The notes beneath the pieces are model-generated. The model saw only the letters and a list, made by a program, of their open reading frames with translations. It was not told where the DNA came from and made no database searches. The position numbers and the translations under genes were made by a program. A stretch of DNA of 63,763 nucleotides, counting the filler, from Bdellovibrionota bacterium (lineage in GTDB: Bacteria > Bdellovibrionota > Bdellovibrionia > Bdellovibrionales > JAEYZS01): NCBI GenBank assembly GCA_963169515.1. It is 3 parts of 3 records of this genome, joined end to end, with 100 filler letters (N's around TTAATTAATTAA, not from the genome) between each part and the next. Parts side by side here need not be neighbours in the genome. Positions count along the whole stretch, not along the records: positions 1 to 26,225 come from CAUJEF010000093.1; 2 more parts are not named here. One strand, 5' to 3'. Numbering within the stretch: position 1 is the first letter of the stretch; the number at the start of each line of letters is the position of its first letter. Shown here piece by piece: positions 9,808 to 20,637 of the stretch.

Positions 9808-12123
9808 TTAATTCGAATTCGCAAATGAGAAAATTTGGACACAGAGTCGATCCTTTTCGCTTTGCGTGCGTCCTATTGCGGAAGTCGCTGTTGTTGCGGC
9901 TGCCTTCCTTGCTTTCATTTGCTCGTATGTTGTATAGGTGATTGCTGAAGTTTTGAGCGTAAGCCAACGGAGCACATCCTTTGCCGCTTCTAACGATTGG
10001 GGAATAACCTTAAAGTAGTAACCTATGAATTGTGAGTAAGGAATTTTGAACTCGTAATATTCTTTCCCGTCAGTGAATAGCGTTGAGATTTTTCGAATTT
10101 TGTATTCTTTTAAACTGTTCCATTTTGCACGAGCAAGCTGAGCTTCTTGTTGAATCCGACGTGCAAAAGGATGTGTTTCACCATAGACTTCATTTATTTT
10201 TTCAGCGTAGGCTGTTTTGTACCGAACTTGCTGAATTTCTCCAAATGGTCCCAAAAGTGCATAGAGTATGTGTCCCAGAGGAATACCCCAAATTGTATAT
10301 CCAAAACGCGATAGTAGCCCGATCGGGGTAGTCAATAACTGTGGTTTTTGTCCCTCAAAGCTTCGTTTTGGAATTTTTGTATCCCATGCAAGCTGAGTTT
10401 CTTCCCCTGTCTGTGGATTTGTTTCTTTGGTGTGAACCCATGGAACTTTGATTTTTAAATCTGGAATTGTAAAACGGAAATATTTTTCCCAATTCGCTTC
10501 GCCGAGTGGGTCTATCGAAAATAACTCAACGGCTTTTTTTGCATATTTCAACAGATCAAACGTGTTTTCGACGCTTTCAAATTCCATAAAATTATTGGCC
10601 TTCCAGGGGGCTGTAACTTTAAAATACGGAATTTTTAAATTTCCGTCCGACTCCCCCTTTCTTGCCCTGAATCGATATTTTTCTTGTAGCGAAGTTTTAG
10701 AAGAGGACTTAATCGATTGATTAATTAAAATATCGGAGTGTGCTTTGATTGCATTCAAATCGATTTGATCGTTTTGACTTAAGACAGAAAGGCTTTCCTC
10801 AGATACAAGATTAAAGTGATACGATTGACCGATGCCTGTCGACCAGTTCTTTAGAAAACGAATGAAATCATTTCCTCGATAAGTAAAATTCTGCCAGGTT
10901 TGCGTGAACACCCCAAAGAAAATGCTCCATCCAAGCGAAATGGAGCCCACCATTGCAGGGGTAAGGCCAAGAGGAAGCGAGTCTGGGAAAAATGATGACA
11001 TCAGAAAGGAAAGACCGCCAAGCGCCAATCCAAAGCCAAGTCCCATTAGGTAATCACCCGTGGCGAGAATTCGGATTTTCCCCCAGCCCGTACTGTTGGA
11101 CCAGGTCTCTTGGCTGTAATTTGGTGGCTCCCAGATTGCCCGCCAGTACTTTTTCCAATACTCCAGGGTCGTCGCCTTGGGTCTTTGTATTTTATTAACG
11201 ACGGGAGGTTGGCCAGAGTTTCCGTCGAAGAGAACAGTAAGAAGAGCTCGGTTTCCATCTTGTTTTTCCGAACCAATTTTTTCCTGTGCCGCATAGTCCA
11301 CCCACAAGGTATAGGCCTTATCGAGTTTTGATTTAAACCAACTTTTTTTACGGACTTCAGAAAACGGTGCTTGCAATACTGTAGCAACATCGTTTCGAAT
11401 ATTTTTGTCCACCTGAGGATCGATTTTTTTATCATCTAATTTTACGAGTGGTGAGTATTCCAAGCTCGGGTTCCATTTGGCCATTAATACTCCAGCCCAA
11501 ATTTTTCTGATTTTTTTAATTAACAGACGCTGATAGACTATCTCTGTATTAATTTGCTCTGGCGGGAGGCCTTTAAAAGGTTCGTATAAAGCCAGAAGCC
11601 CTGTTCGGTCGGCGAGTTCAAAGGCCTCCAAAGCAGCAAGATCAATTTGATTTTTATCGATAAAAAGGAGCGACATTTTTAATCCGTCATGACGAACTCG
11701 GGTGATAATAATCGGTTTTCGTCCCATGCCGACATCTATTACCATAGGCTCGGCCTTTCCAATCCCATTTACTTCATAGAAAATGTTTTCTGAGTCCTTT
11801 CTTTTTCTAAGAATCTTAATAATTGCTTCTTCGCCGAGCTCGCGTTCCTCATTGACCATCGTATTGTAGAGCCCTTTTAGTAGAGCTAAAATTTCTAGGG
11901 TGTGTTGCGTGGGGAGCTTTAAAATATCTTTGATTTCAGTCTCTTCGGCAGAGGAAAGAGGTTTGCCCTCAACGGCAGAATCGACATCGATGTTTGTAAG
12001 CTGGGTGTAGTCAAAAGCCAGTTGCGCTTGGACTGGAAATTGCGAAAAAAGGATGCTAATGGACATCAGGACCGAAACGAATTTCGATAAAAGTTTGCCC
12101 CTGACCGCCTCTGGATACGCCAT
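9808..12123 (-). CDS. Large exported/membrane hypothetical protein
   Basis: 771-aa ORF with GGGAGG RBS, signal peptide and several internal hydrophobic helices. Confidence 0.7.
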   Translation of the reverse strand: MAYPEAVRGKLLSKFVSVLMSISILFSQFPVQAQLAFDYTQLTNIDVDSAVEGKPLSSAEETEIKDILKLPTQHTLEILALLKGLYNTMVNEERELGEEAIIKILRKRKDSENIFYEVNGIGKAEPMVIDVGMGRKPIIITRVRHDGLKMSLLFIDKNQIDLAALEAFELADRTGLLALYEPFKGLPPEQINTEIVYQRLLIKKIRKIWAGVLMAKWNPSLEYSPLVKLDDKKIDPQVDKNIRNDVATVLQAPFSEVRKKSWFKSKLDKAYTLWVDYAAQEKIGSEKQDGNRALLTVLFDGNSGQPPVVNKIQRPKATTLEYWKKYWRAIWEPPNYSQETWSNSTGWGKIRILATGDYLMGLGFGLALGGLSFLMSSFFPDSLPLGLTPAMVGSISLGWSIFFGVFTQTWQNFTYRGNDFIRFLKNWSTGIGQSYHFNLVSEESLSVLSQNDQIDLNAIKAHSDILINQSIKSSSKTSLQEKYRFRARKGESDGNLKIPYFKVTAPWKANNFMEFESVENTFDLLKYAKKAVELFSIDPLGEANWEKYFRFTIPDLKIKVPWVHTKETNPQTGEETQLAWDTKIPKRSFEGQKPQLLTTPIGLLSRFGYTIWGIPLGHILYALLGPFGEIQQVRYKTAYAEKINEVYGETHPFARRIQQEAQLARAKWNSLKEYKIRKISTLFTDGKEYYEFKIPYSQFIGYYFKVIPQSLEAAKDVLRWLTLKTSAITYTTYEQMKARKAAATTATSAIGRTQSEKDRLCVQIFSFANSN

Positions 12124-12300
12124 CCCAATCCTCCCGTAACCGATGCCTTAACTTTTTGTTTATACCAGAGAATATAACTAAAATTAGACGGCATCACGAG
12201 CACTTTAACTGTTTATGGAACTATGACAGGGATCATGAAATTTTTCCAAAAAGCAGTATCGGCTCGACGATATAATGATCAATAGCCTAGAAATTCTTAA

Positions 12301-13305
12301 ATGAAAAAAATTGGTTTGATTATAGCGCTTCTACTTGCCGGGGTTTGGCTCTATCAGGCCCCAAAAGACAGTTGCATAGTTCGAAGGGCAGCTTTTGACG
12401 TAGGTTCGGCAGGTATTCGAATGAAGGTCGCCGACATTAATGTATGTACTGACTCGCTTAAGAGAATTTTGAGTGAAGATCAGGCAAAAATTGATTTCAA
12501 AGAGCTCTTTGAAAAATCAAAAGGCATTTTTCCGCAGAGTACTTTGGATCAGGCAAAGAAAACTTTCTGGGACTTTAAAGCAAAGGCCAAGGGGCTTGGT
12601 GTGGAAGAGGGAAACTATGCGGGCGTTGCAACGTCTGTTTTCCGAGATGCAAAAAACGCCTCTCAATTTTTCCAGTCCATTTATTCTGACCTTGGTATAA
12701 AAATTCAAGTGATTGCCCAAAAGGACGAGGCCATTTTGGGGCTTTACTCTGCAATGACCAAAGTTCCAAACAAGCAACTTATCGTGTGGGATATAGGCGG
12801 CGGAAGTATGCAGATCACAAGCCTGCGTGATGGTAAGATTTTGTTCTTTGGTGGAAAGCTTGCTGCGATTAGTTTCAGGGATCGAGTTCTAAAAGAAATT
12901 AAAAAAGCGAAATCAGGTAGCCCCAATCCATTGTCTGCGGTTGAAATTGAAGTGGCGGTTCGAATAGCCGAAAAAGACGGTTTGATGAGTGTACCCGCGG
13001 AAGTAAAAGAAGAAATCAAAATTGCAAATGGCGTTGTATATGGCGTTGGATCGGTCCATGGATTTAGCATCAAAGACCAGATCCATAAAACAGAATACGG
13101 GCCAGAGGACGTGCTGTCCGTATTGGAACAACAAGCGGATAAGACTGATGAACAAATTGGCGGAAAATATGCAAGCACTGATGTATCGAACCTAGCGCTC
13201 GTTTTGGGTTATATGAGGGCACTTAACATTAAAAAGGTTCGCGTCTTGGACGCGAACAATGCCGAAGGTATTTTAATCAGCAGAACTTTGTGGGCGACTA
13301 GGTAG
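12301..13305 (+). CDS. Ppx/GppA phosphatase family (ASKHA fold) protein with N-terminal membrane anchor
   Basis: AAFDVGSAGIR, VATSVFRDAKN, QKDEAILG, WDIGGGSMQ. Confidence 0.8.
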   Translation: MKKIGLIIALLLAGVWLYQAPKDSCIVRRAAFDVGSAGIRMKVADINVCTDSLKRILSEDQAKIDFKELFEKSKGIFPQSTLDQAKKTFWDFKAKAKGLGVEEGNYAGVATSVFRDAKNASQFFQSIYSDLGIKIQVIAQKDEAILGLYSAMTKVPNKQLIVWDIGGGSMQITSLRDGKILFFGGKLAAISFRDRVLKEIKKAKSGSPNPLSAVEIEVAVRIAEKDGLMSVPAEVKEEIKIANGVVYGVGSVHGFSIKDQIHKTEYGPEDVLSVLEQQADKTDEQIGGKYASTDVSNLALVLGYMRALNIKKVRVLDANNAEGILISRTLWATR

Positions 13306-13699
13306 TTGCGTTAGGATTTTTAGCCCAAGACATACACCAACCGTTTTCTTTCACCATATGTTTTGGATCAGGAAGCATTAGTGTGCATACTCCGATACCG
13401 TTGCCCTTTGCTTGATAAAGAATGCAGTTATGGCAAGCTTGTTTTGCAAATGGAACACCCATTTTTTCAACTTTAAGGGCAGGATCTTTTACATGAGAGA
13501 CGTCTTCAACGTATTTTAATTCTTTTGCTTTGCCCTTTGTCGGGTCTGCTAGAGCAGCTGCCCCACCCGTCGCCGAGCTTTCAGCTTTTTTCTTTTTCTT
13601 TTCTTCAGCGTGAGCGCCGAATACGCTCAGAGTAGTAAGACCTGCTACAGTTAAGGAAGCGCTTTTTAAAAAATCACGTCGGTTGCATTTGGTTTTCAT
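13298..13699 (-). CDS. High-potential iron-sulfur protein (HiPIP), Tat-exported
   Basis: Start MKTKCNRRDFLK (GGAG RBS); CHNCILY...GVCTLM...V..NGWCMSW. Confidence 0.85.
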   Translation of the reverse strand: MKTKCNRRDFLKSASLTVAGLTTLSVFGAHAEEKKKKKAESSATGGAAALADPTKGKAKELKYVEDVSHVKDPALKVEKMGVPFAKQACHNCILYQAKGNGIGVCTLMLPDPKHMVKENGWCMSWAKNPNATT

Positions 13700-13769
13700 T
13701 TGGTTTTCTCCTTTGCAAATAATCTCTCCGTGACCCTGCCTAGGCAAGGTGATATTTTGGCTTTGACTC

Positions 13770-14615
13770 ATGTCATCAGCAATTCGATACATTCTTTACT
13801 CCGTGGTCTTATTTACAATCATGAATGCGCTGGTGAAATACCTTTCGCATATACCGTTTCACGAAATCGCTTTTTTCCGCGCCCTAATATCGCTTATTTT
13901 GTGTGCAGTTTGGATGAAAAAGGAAAAGATTTCCTTTAAGGGAACAAACACTAAAGTCTTAATTTTACGAGGGTTTGCTGGGACCTTGGCATTGTTATTC
14001 TACTTTTATTCCCTTCAAAAGTTGCCGCTGGCCTCTGCCGTAGTAATTCAAAATCTCTCCCCATTGTTTGCAACGATAGCGGCAATTTTTGTTTTGAAAG
14101 AGCAGACATTCCGCGCTCAATGGTTCCTGATTTTTATCGCTTTTGCAGGCATCATATTGGTGCGCGGTTTTGACATGGCCATACCATGGTTTAATTTAGC
14201 CGTTGGGGTCATGGGGGCACTCTGTTCTGCAATTGCCTATACTTTTGTACGGAAGCTAAAGGACTTTGATCCGCCACTAAGAATTGTTTTTTATTTTCCG
14301 CTGACCTCGGTTGTGCTTTTATTTCCGATTTTATTTTGGAGGTTTGTCCTGCCGTCGCCATCTGATTTATTGATATTAGCGGCCATTGGGATTGTGACTC
14401 AGTTTGCTCAGTTTTATATGACAAAGGCTTATCATGCGGACAAAGCTTCAAAAATTTCGATATTCAATTATCTCGGAGTTCCCTTGTCGCTTATGATCGG
14501 TTACTTTTTGTTCAATGAAACACTCGATTTTTATGCCATGTTCGGGATCATTTTAATTTTAGGGGCAACTACACTTAGCGGAATTTTAAGTCGTTTCACA
14601 AGTCAAAATTCTTAA
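13770..14615 (+). CDS. DMT/EamA family transporter
   Basis: About 10 TM helices in two EamA repeats; SPLFATIAAIFVLKE, GYFLFNE. Confidence 0.9.
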   Translation: MSSAIRYILYSVVLFTIMNALVKYLSHIPFHEIAFFRALISLILCAVWMKKEKISFKGTNTKVLILRGFAGTLALLFYFYSLQKLPLASAVVIQNLSPLFATIAAIFVLKEQTFRAQWFLIFIAFAGIILVRGFDMAIPWFNLAVGVMGALCSAIAYTFVRKLKDFDPPLRIVFYFPLTSVVLLFPILFWRFVLPSPSDLLILAAIGIVTQFAQFYMTKAYHADKASKISIFNYLGVPLSLMIGYFLFNETLDFYAMFGIILILGATTLSGILSRFTSQNS

Positions 14616-15135
14616 ACATAAATGACTCGACGGGGATTGTTTTGCGGTCATTGTATTTTGCTGATGGCTTTTTGCTGTACAGATTCTGAATTTCACCTTT
14701 TATCTCAAAATAAATCAACTGGCCTATTGGCATATTATGATAAACTCGGACGGGCTTTTTTACTGAAATTTCTAATGTCCAGTGGTTGCAGAATCCGACG
14801 TCACCCTTACCAGCAGTGGCGTGAATATCAATTCCAAGGCGTCCAACGCTTGATTTGCCTTCTAAAAAAGGCACGTGTTCATGGGTTTCTGTGTATTCTT
14901 CGGTGACGCCAAGATAAAATTCATTTGGCTTCAATATGTATCCTTCCGGCGGAATTTGAAAATACTCTATTTGGTTGTGTTTTTTTGCGTCCAAAACTTC
15001 GTCTTTGTAGAGGCCAAGCGTTTTACCCAAGTGAACGTCATATGAGTTTGTGCCTAAGCATTTGGGATCAAAGGGAGAGACAACAATGGATCGGCGCTCA
15101 ATGCAGGCTAGAATTTCTTTGTCAGTCAGGATCAT
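14596..15135 (-). CDS. dcd: dCTP deaminase
   Basis: MILTDKEI, SYDVHLG, EGKSSVGRLGI, AGKGDVGF...WTLEI, PIGQL. Confidence 0.92.
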   Translation of the reverse strand: MILTDKEILACIERRSIVVSPFDPKCLGTNSYDVHLGKTLGLYKDEVLDAKKHNQIEYFQIPPEGYILKPNEFYLGVTEEYTETHEHVPFLEGKSSVGRLGIDIHATAGKGDVGFCNHWTLEISVKKPVRVYHNMPIGQLIYFEIKGEIQNLYSKKPSAKYNDRKTIPVESFMFKNFDL

Positions 15136-15211
15136 AATTGGCCCCCCGTTGGGATGGAACCAATTTATTCAATCCTAACGATCAAGACAACAAAAAGCAG
15201 GTGCGTCGCCG

Positions 15212-17797
15212 TTAATGAATGACGAGCTCGTTGTCTTTGACGTCAACTTTAAGGGTTTTGCCGTCTTTTATTTCACCGGCGATAACTTTGCGACCAATTT
15301 GGGTCTCCAGGTGTTTCTGCAAATACCGTTTAAGCGGTCGAGCACCATAGACCGGATCATACCCGTGTTCCGTGACAAAATTTTTGGCCCGCTCAGACAA
15401 GTCAATTGAAATCCCTCGGTCTTTGAGTCGATTTTCAATTTGCTTAATTTGAAGCTCAGCAATTTGGGCAATTTCATTTTTCCCAAGCGGGCTGAATAGA
15501 ATAACTTCATCAACGCGATTTAGAAATTCCGGCCTAAAATTATGGCGTAAATCATCAAGCACCTTATTTCGTGTCTTGTCTGGGATTTTTCCGTCAGCCA
15601 CTTCTTCGATCAGGTATTGAGATCCCACGTTTGAAGTCATTATGATTACAGTATTTTTAAAATCCACGGTGCGTCCTTGAGAATCCGTAACTCGGCCGTC
15701 ATCCAAGATTTGAAGCAGAATATTAAATACATCGGGGTGTGCTTTTTCAATCTCATCAAATAAAATTACAGAATAGGGTTTTCGTCGAACAGCCTCTGTT
15801 AATTGTCCGCCTTCTTCGTATCCAACATAACCCGGGGGCGCACCAATCATTCTGGCTACAGAATGTTTTTCCATATACTCGCTCATATCCAGACGGACAA
15901 TATTATTTTCAGTATCAAAAAGTGATTCTGCCAGTGCACGAGCAAGCTCTGTCTTCCCCACTCCGGTTGGTCCTAGAAAGATGAACGAACCAATCGGCCG
16001 TTTTGGATCTTTGATGCCCGCACGAGCGCGAATTACAGCATCGGCAACCAAATCTACGGCCTCGTCTTGTCCAATAACTCTTCGATGTAGGATTTCAGGT
16101 AATGACAACAACTTTTCTCGTTCGCCTTTCACAAGGCGGGAAACGGGAATGCCAGTCCATTTGGACACAATGTCGGCGATCTCTTCTTCTGTAACGACTT
16201 CAGTTAAAAGTTTATCGCCAGATTCTTTGGATTCAAATTCTTTTAATTTCTTTTCCACCTCTGGAATTCGACCGTATTTCAATTCTGCAGCTCTATTTAA
16301 ATCTGCTCCTCGCTCAGCTTTTTCGAGTTCATTACGAAACTGTTCTAGTTGGGCGCGTAGATCGCGAATTTTATTTTGAATCTCTTTTTCTGTTTGCCAC
16401 TGAAGCTTCATGGAATTTGTTTTTTCTTTCAAATCCGCAGTTTCTTTTTGTATTTTTTTAAGGCGCTCAAGGCTTGCGGAATCGGACTCCTTTTTCAAAG
16501 CTGTTTCTTCAATTTCTAGTTGCATAATTCGTCGTGTAGCTTGATCAAGCTCCGCAGGCATGGAATCTAATTCCGTACGAATTTTGGCGGACGCTTCGTC
16601 CACAAGGTCAATGGCTTTGTCGGGCAAGAAGCGATCAGATATATATCGGTTTGACAAGACAGCGGCACTCACAAGTGCGTTGTCGTTAATACGAACGCCG
16701 TGATGAATTTCAAATCGATCCTTTAGACCGCGCAAAATGGAAATTGTATCTTCGACTGTTGGCTGATCGATTAGGACCGTTTGAAAACGGCGCTCGAGTG
16801 CGGGATCTTTTTCGATATACTTTCGGTACTCAGTCAACGTGGTGGCGCCAATACAATGTAATTCGCCACGAGCAAGCATTGGCTTTAGCATATTCCCTGC
16901 GTCCATTGCGCCTTCAGACTTTCCAGCGCCGACAATGGTGTGCAATTCATCTATGAATAGAATGATCTGACCATCAGAGTTTTTGATTTCTTGCAATACG
17001 GCTTTCAGCCGCTCTTCAAACTCACCCCGATATTTTGCGCCGGCAACAAGCGCTCCCATATCAAGCGCAAATACAGTTTTATCTTTTAATCCCTCGGGGA
17101 CGTCACCGCGGACAATTCGTTGGGCGAGCCCTTCGGCCACGGCTGTTTTGCCGACGCCAGGTTCCCCAATAAGAACAGGATTATTTTTCGTTTTCCTCGA
17201 AAGAATTCGAATCACGCGCCGGATCTCTTCGTCGCGGCCAATAACGGGATCCATCTTCCCTGATGTTGCATCCTGGACAAGATCACGGCCGTATTTTTCC
17301 AGCACTTGATAAGTTGATTCGGGCGTTTGGGTTGTCACTCGCTGACCTCCTCGAAGATCGTTCATGGTTTTTACAAAACTGTCTTTTGTGACTTTATGAC
17401 GATTTAAAATTTCTACGATACTTGTTGCGTCTTTTATATTAAAAAGCGCGAGCATAAAATGTTCGACCGATACAAATTCGTCTTTTAATTTTTTGGCTTC
17501 GCTTTCGGCTTGAGAAAATAATCGATCTAAACGGCTTGTGATGTATACTTTTTCCGAGTCCGTACCCGAAATCTGAACGGATGGGCGTTTATCTAATTCA
17601 CTTTGAAGCTCCTTTTTAAGAGCAACTAAGGAAGCTCCAAGTTTCGTAAAAATTTGGGCTACAAATGAATCACCTGTTGTTACCAGTGCCATTAAAAGAT
17701 GTTCAATATCTACATTTTGATGATGGTGGTCTCGGGCAATTCGTTGAGACTGCTCCAGTACGGAGATGCTTTTTTCTGTTAACTTATTTGTGTCCAC
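15212..17797 (-). CDS. clpB: ATP-dependent disaggregase ClpB
   Basis: Two AAA+ modules ([16 protein letters not shown]), a middle coiled-coil domain and the N-domain repeats. Confidence 0.97.
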   Translation of the reverse strand: MDTNKLTEKSISVLEQSQRIARDHHHQNVDIEHLLMALVTTGDSFVAQIFTKLGASLVALKKELQSELDKRPSVQISGTDSEKVYITSRLDRLFSQAESEAKKLKDEFVSVEHFMLALFNIKDATSIVEILNRHKVTKDSFVKTMNDLRGGQRVTTQTPESTYQVLEKYGRDLVQDATSGKMDPVIGRDEEIRRVIRILSRKTKNNPVLIGEPGVGKTAVAEGLAQRIVRGDVPEGLKDKTVFALDMGALVAGAKYRGEFEERLKAVLQEIKNSDGQIILFIDELHTIVGAGKSEGAMDAGNMLKPMLARGELHCIGATTLTEYRKYIEKDPALERRFQTVLIDQPTVEDTISILRGLKDRFEIHHGVRINDNALVSAAVLSNRYISDRFLPDKAIDLVDEASAKIRTELDSMPAELDQATRRIMQLEIEETALKKESDSASLERLKKIQKETADLKEKTNSMKLQWQTEKEIQNKIRDLRAQLEQFRNELEKAERGADLNRAAELKYGRIPEVEKKLKEFESKESGDKLLTEVVTEEEIADIVSKWTGIPVSRLVKGEREKLLSLPEILHRRVIGQDEAVDLVADAVIRARAGIKDPKRPIGSFIFLGPTGVGKTELARALAESLFDTENNIVRLDMSEYMEKHSVARMIGAPPGYVGYEEGGQLTEAVRRKPYSVILFDEIEKAHPDVFNILLQILDDGRVTDSQGRTVDFKNTVIIMTSNVGSQYLIEEVADGKIPDKTRNKVLDDLRHNFRPEFLNRVDEVILFSPLGKNEIAQIAELQIKQIENRLKDRGISIDLSERAKNFVTEHGYDPVYGARPLKRYLQKHLETQIGRKVIAGEIKDGKTLKVDVKDNELVIH

Positions 17798-17896
17798 AAG
17801 CGTCCTTTCTTATACAGTTAATGTGTGTTCACTTGTGTGGTTGTCAAATAAAGTTGATTTTAAAGTTGGGAGTATAAGTAATTGAAACTAAACGCG

Positions 17897-17944
17897 AAAA
17901 GGAATGGTGCCCGGCCACTACCCAGGATGGGGGACCGAGCACCA
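17897..17944 (-). terminator. Stem-loop with U-rich tail between hsp20 and clpB
   Basis: Minus-strand TGGTGCTCGG...CCGGGCACCA followed by TTCCTTTT. Confidence 0.5.
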
Positions 17945-17963
17945 GTAGAGGGGGGAGAGGGGA

Positions 17964-18476
17964 TTAGTGGCGTTCTTTTTCCTTTTCAGTCCGTTCGCTT
18001 TTTATTTGCTTGCCGTTACCGTGCATACCGATCTGAATTTTCCGTGAACGTGTCGAAGTTTCAGACTTTCCAAGAGTAATTTCTAAAATTCCGTTTTTAC
18101 AATTGGCCTGAACATTGTCGATATCCACGTCGCTCGGAAGTTGGATCGCACGTTCGAAAGAACCGTAGGTCGATTCGTATCTTGAAAAGCGAGTGTCGGA
18201 TCGCTCTTCTTTTTTCTCGCCGCGGATACGCAATATATTGTCATCGAGACTGACGTCAATATCATCTTCGCTCACACCCGGCAGTTCTGCAGTCACTTTA
18301 TAAGAGTCCTCATTTTCGATGACATTAATCTTTGGCGTAAAGTTCACCAAACTTCTATCGAAAACAGGAATGGAAAGATCCGTTAAAAAATCATCAAACA
18401 ACTGCTGAATCGGAGAGTCAAAGCGACTTAAACGTGTTGTAAGATTTGAATTTGTTCTTTTCCATGGTAGTGTCAT
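17964..18476 (-). CDS. Hsp20/alpha-crystallin small heat-shock protein
   Basis: PKINVIE, AELPGV, LRIRGEK, YGSFERAIQLP, A..KNGILEI. Confidence 0.95.
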   Translation of the reverse strand: MTLPWKRTNSNLTTRLSRFDSPIQQLFDDFLTDLSIPVFDRSLVNFTPKINVIENEDSYKVTAELPGVSEDDIDVSLDDNILRIRGEKKEERSDTRFSRYESTYGSFERAIQLPSDVDIDNVQANCKNGILEITLGKSETSTRSRKIQIGMHGNGKQIKSERTEKEKERH

Positions 18477-18571
18477 TTTATTCCTCCTGTTAGTACAGTT
18501 TTGTGGCCTAACATTTAAAACATGTGAGCGACGAAAAATTTGTCAAGTCCGGAGAAAAAGAAAGGCAATTT

Positions 18572-18955
18572 ATGAAACAAAAATCCATTGAAACAGCGTC
18601 TGCCCCCAAACCAGTAGGACCGTATTCCCAAGCAATTTTTGCTGACACTTTTTTGTTTTGCTCGGGCCAGGTTGCAATCGACCCGAAAACAAACGAAGTT
18701 CTAAGGGGCAGCATCAGCGAGCAGACTAAGCAAGTCATGGAAAATATCCATTTCGTTTTAAAAGAAGCCGGACTCGATTTTTCTAACGTGGTTAAATCAA
18801 CAATATTTCTTACGGATATGAATGACTTTTCGCAAGTGAACGAAATCTATTCAAAATATTTTAAAGTACCTTATCCGGCGCGTTCGACGATCGCTGTTTC
18901 GGCACTGCCCAAAGGAGTGGATGTCGAGATTGAAGTCATTGCACTTAAGGCTTAG
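18572..18955 (+). CDS. ridA: RidA/YjgF family enamine/imine deaminase
   Basis: APKPVGPYSQA, SGQVAIDP, PARSTIAVSALPKGVDVEIE; ATG 18572 preferred. Confidence 0.9.
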   Translation: MKQKSIETASAPKPVGPYSQAIFADTFLFCSGQVAIDPKTNEVLRGSISEQTKQVMENIHFVLKEAGLDFSNVVKSTIFLTDMNDFSQVNEIYSKYFKVPYPARSTIAVSALPKGVDVEIEVIALKA

Positions 18956-18963
18956 GTGAGTTT

Positions 18964-19533
18964 TTGAAATTTAAAGACATGGGTTCTTTTATTTTTCTAT
19001 TTGTTTTTTTGGCGGTATTGCTGCTAGCCGCCTTTTTTATGAAAGAACTGCAAAATGTTCAGTCATACAAAGTCAATTCTTGGTCTGAAAATCATCATGG
19101 GGACTGTGCGGTTGTTTTAACGGGTGGGGCGGGGAGAATTAAAGAGGGGATAGATCTTTTATCCACGCGTGCGGTTCAAAAACTAATAATCTCTGGAGTT
19201 TTTAAACACACGGATTTGCGGGATCTTTTTTCAGAAGTGCCTTATTATGGAAGCCTCCGCGAAGAGGATATACTTTTGGATAAATTTTCAAAAACCACAT
19301 TTAGTAATGCGTTGGAAACGATGACTCTTGTCGAGGGGCTTCATTGTCGGGATCTTATTTTGATTACGTCTCAGGTCCATATGTACAGAGCATATAAGAC
19401 TTTTAAAAGCGTTTTTCCAAAAAACTTCCCAATCATTCAAAGAACCGTTGTCGGCAGTGATTTTACCCCAAAAAAATTAGACATCATGGAAGAAGCCGCC
19501 AAATCTTTATTTTATTCCATGTGGGCGTATTAA
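18964..19533 (+). CDS. YdcF/DUF218 (ElyC/SanA-like) protein
   Basis: N-terminal TM; VVLTGG..RI, LIISG, TTFSNA, LITSQVHMYRA. Confidence 0.85.
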   Translation: MKFKDMGSFIFLFVFLAVLLLAAFFMKELQNVQSYKVNSWSENHHGDCAVVLTGGAGRIKEGIDLLSTRAVQKLIISGVFKHTDLRDLFSEVPYYGSLREEDILLDKFSKTTFSNALETMTLVEGLHCRDLILITSQVHMYRAYKTFKSVFPKNFPIIQRTVVGSDFTPKKLDIMEEAAKSLFYSMWAY

Positions 19534-20498
19534 GCTGCTTGTGAGCGTTTGCTGAATATTCCGCAGAATACTTTTAACAACTGCGAATCGAATTTACCTT
19601 GTTCTGTCGTGAGCATGGCAAGCGCATCTTCCGGATTGTAAAGAGCACGACCTCCTCGACGTGTGGTAAGGGCGCTAAATGAGTCTGCGATAGCTACGAT
19701 TCGTGCAGGATAGAATATGGCGGGGCCTTTTAAACCGAGTGGGTATCCAGATCCGTCCCAGCGTTCGTGATGTTGAGCAATAATCAATTTTACTTCTTCG
19801 GGGAAACCTTTCATGTCTTGGATCATGCCAACGCCAAGCTGAGGGTGCTGCTTTACCTTTGCCCATTCTTCGCGGGTTAATTTTCTATTAACGTCATCTA
19901 TGTCCTTTGGAATAAGGCTCATTCCGACATCATGGAGAAGGCCACCTAGGCCAACGACATTTAATGTTTTGTCATTCTCATTATCAGCGGCACGGGCAAG
20001 TAAGATCGAAAAGACTGCTGTCGCAATACCGTGACGGCAAGGGTATGTTTCATTTCGTGACAAATTGAGGAACGATGCTAGGCTTTTTGGATTAGCCTTC
20101 AATGTATCAACGTAGGCTTTCACAATTGTTTGGGCTCGACGTACTGAGTGTTCGTCAAAGATTCTGTCTTCGTAAATTTCAAATAGAGTTTGTTCTGTTA
20201 GTTCTTCAACTGCTGTTTTTGCAATTTCATCAGTCAAAGGTTGTGTTGCTAAGATTTTTTTAACGAGCCTTTCAGTAGCGGCTATATATTCGCGACGTTC
20301 TAATTTGTGAATGAAAAGTTCCTTTACGCCCTTTTCAGCATAAGTTTGAAAACGACTACGATCAGGTATGTCGCCCTGGTGGAAAATTTTAGTGAATTTG
20401 TTATCGCTGAGACGGATGTAGACGGCAAATGGAAGTTCACCTTGCATTGAGAGGAAATTTTCTATGTTGATCTCTGAATATTCGCCTATAGCGCCCAT
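19530..20498 (-). CDS. HD-GYP domain c-di-GMP phosphodiesterase-like protein
   Basis: LLHDVG, HP..G, QHHERWDGSGYP.GL.G..I...ARIVAIADSF. Confidence 0.9.
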   Translation of the reverse strand: MGAIGEYSEINIENFLSMQGELPFAVYIRLSDNKFTKIFHQGDIPDRSRFQTYAEKGVKELFIHKLERREYIAATERLVKKILATQPLTDEIAKTAVEELTEQTLFEIYEDRIFDEHSVRRAQTIVKAYVDTLKANPKSLASFLNLSRNETYPCRHGIATAVFSILLARAADNENDKTLNVVGLGGLLHDVGMSLIPKDIDDVNRKLTREEWAKVKQHPQLGVGMIQDMKGFPEEVKLIIAQHHERWDGSGYPLGLKGPAIFYPARIVAIADSFSALTTRRGGRALYNPEDALAMLTTEQGKFDSQLLKVFCGIFSKRSQAA

Positions 20499-20637
20499 GA
20501 TCCCTCGCTTTAAATTTTTCGGCTATGTCACCGCACAAATGAATGAGAGTTGGGCGAAACTGGACCAAAGGGGAGTAAAATAGTTTTCCTTCAAATCAAG
20601 AGAGCCAAAAACCGATACATCTTTATAGGAAAACCGA

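Noticed and set aside
17798..18571. CIRCE/HrcA operator at hsp20-clpB
   Set aside because: No TTAGCACTC-N9-GAGTGCTAA match; the TTAG...CTAA upstream of hsp20 has the wrong spacing.
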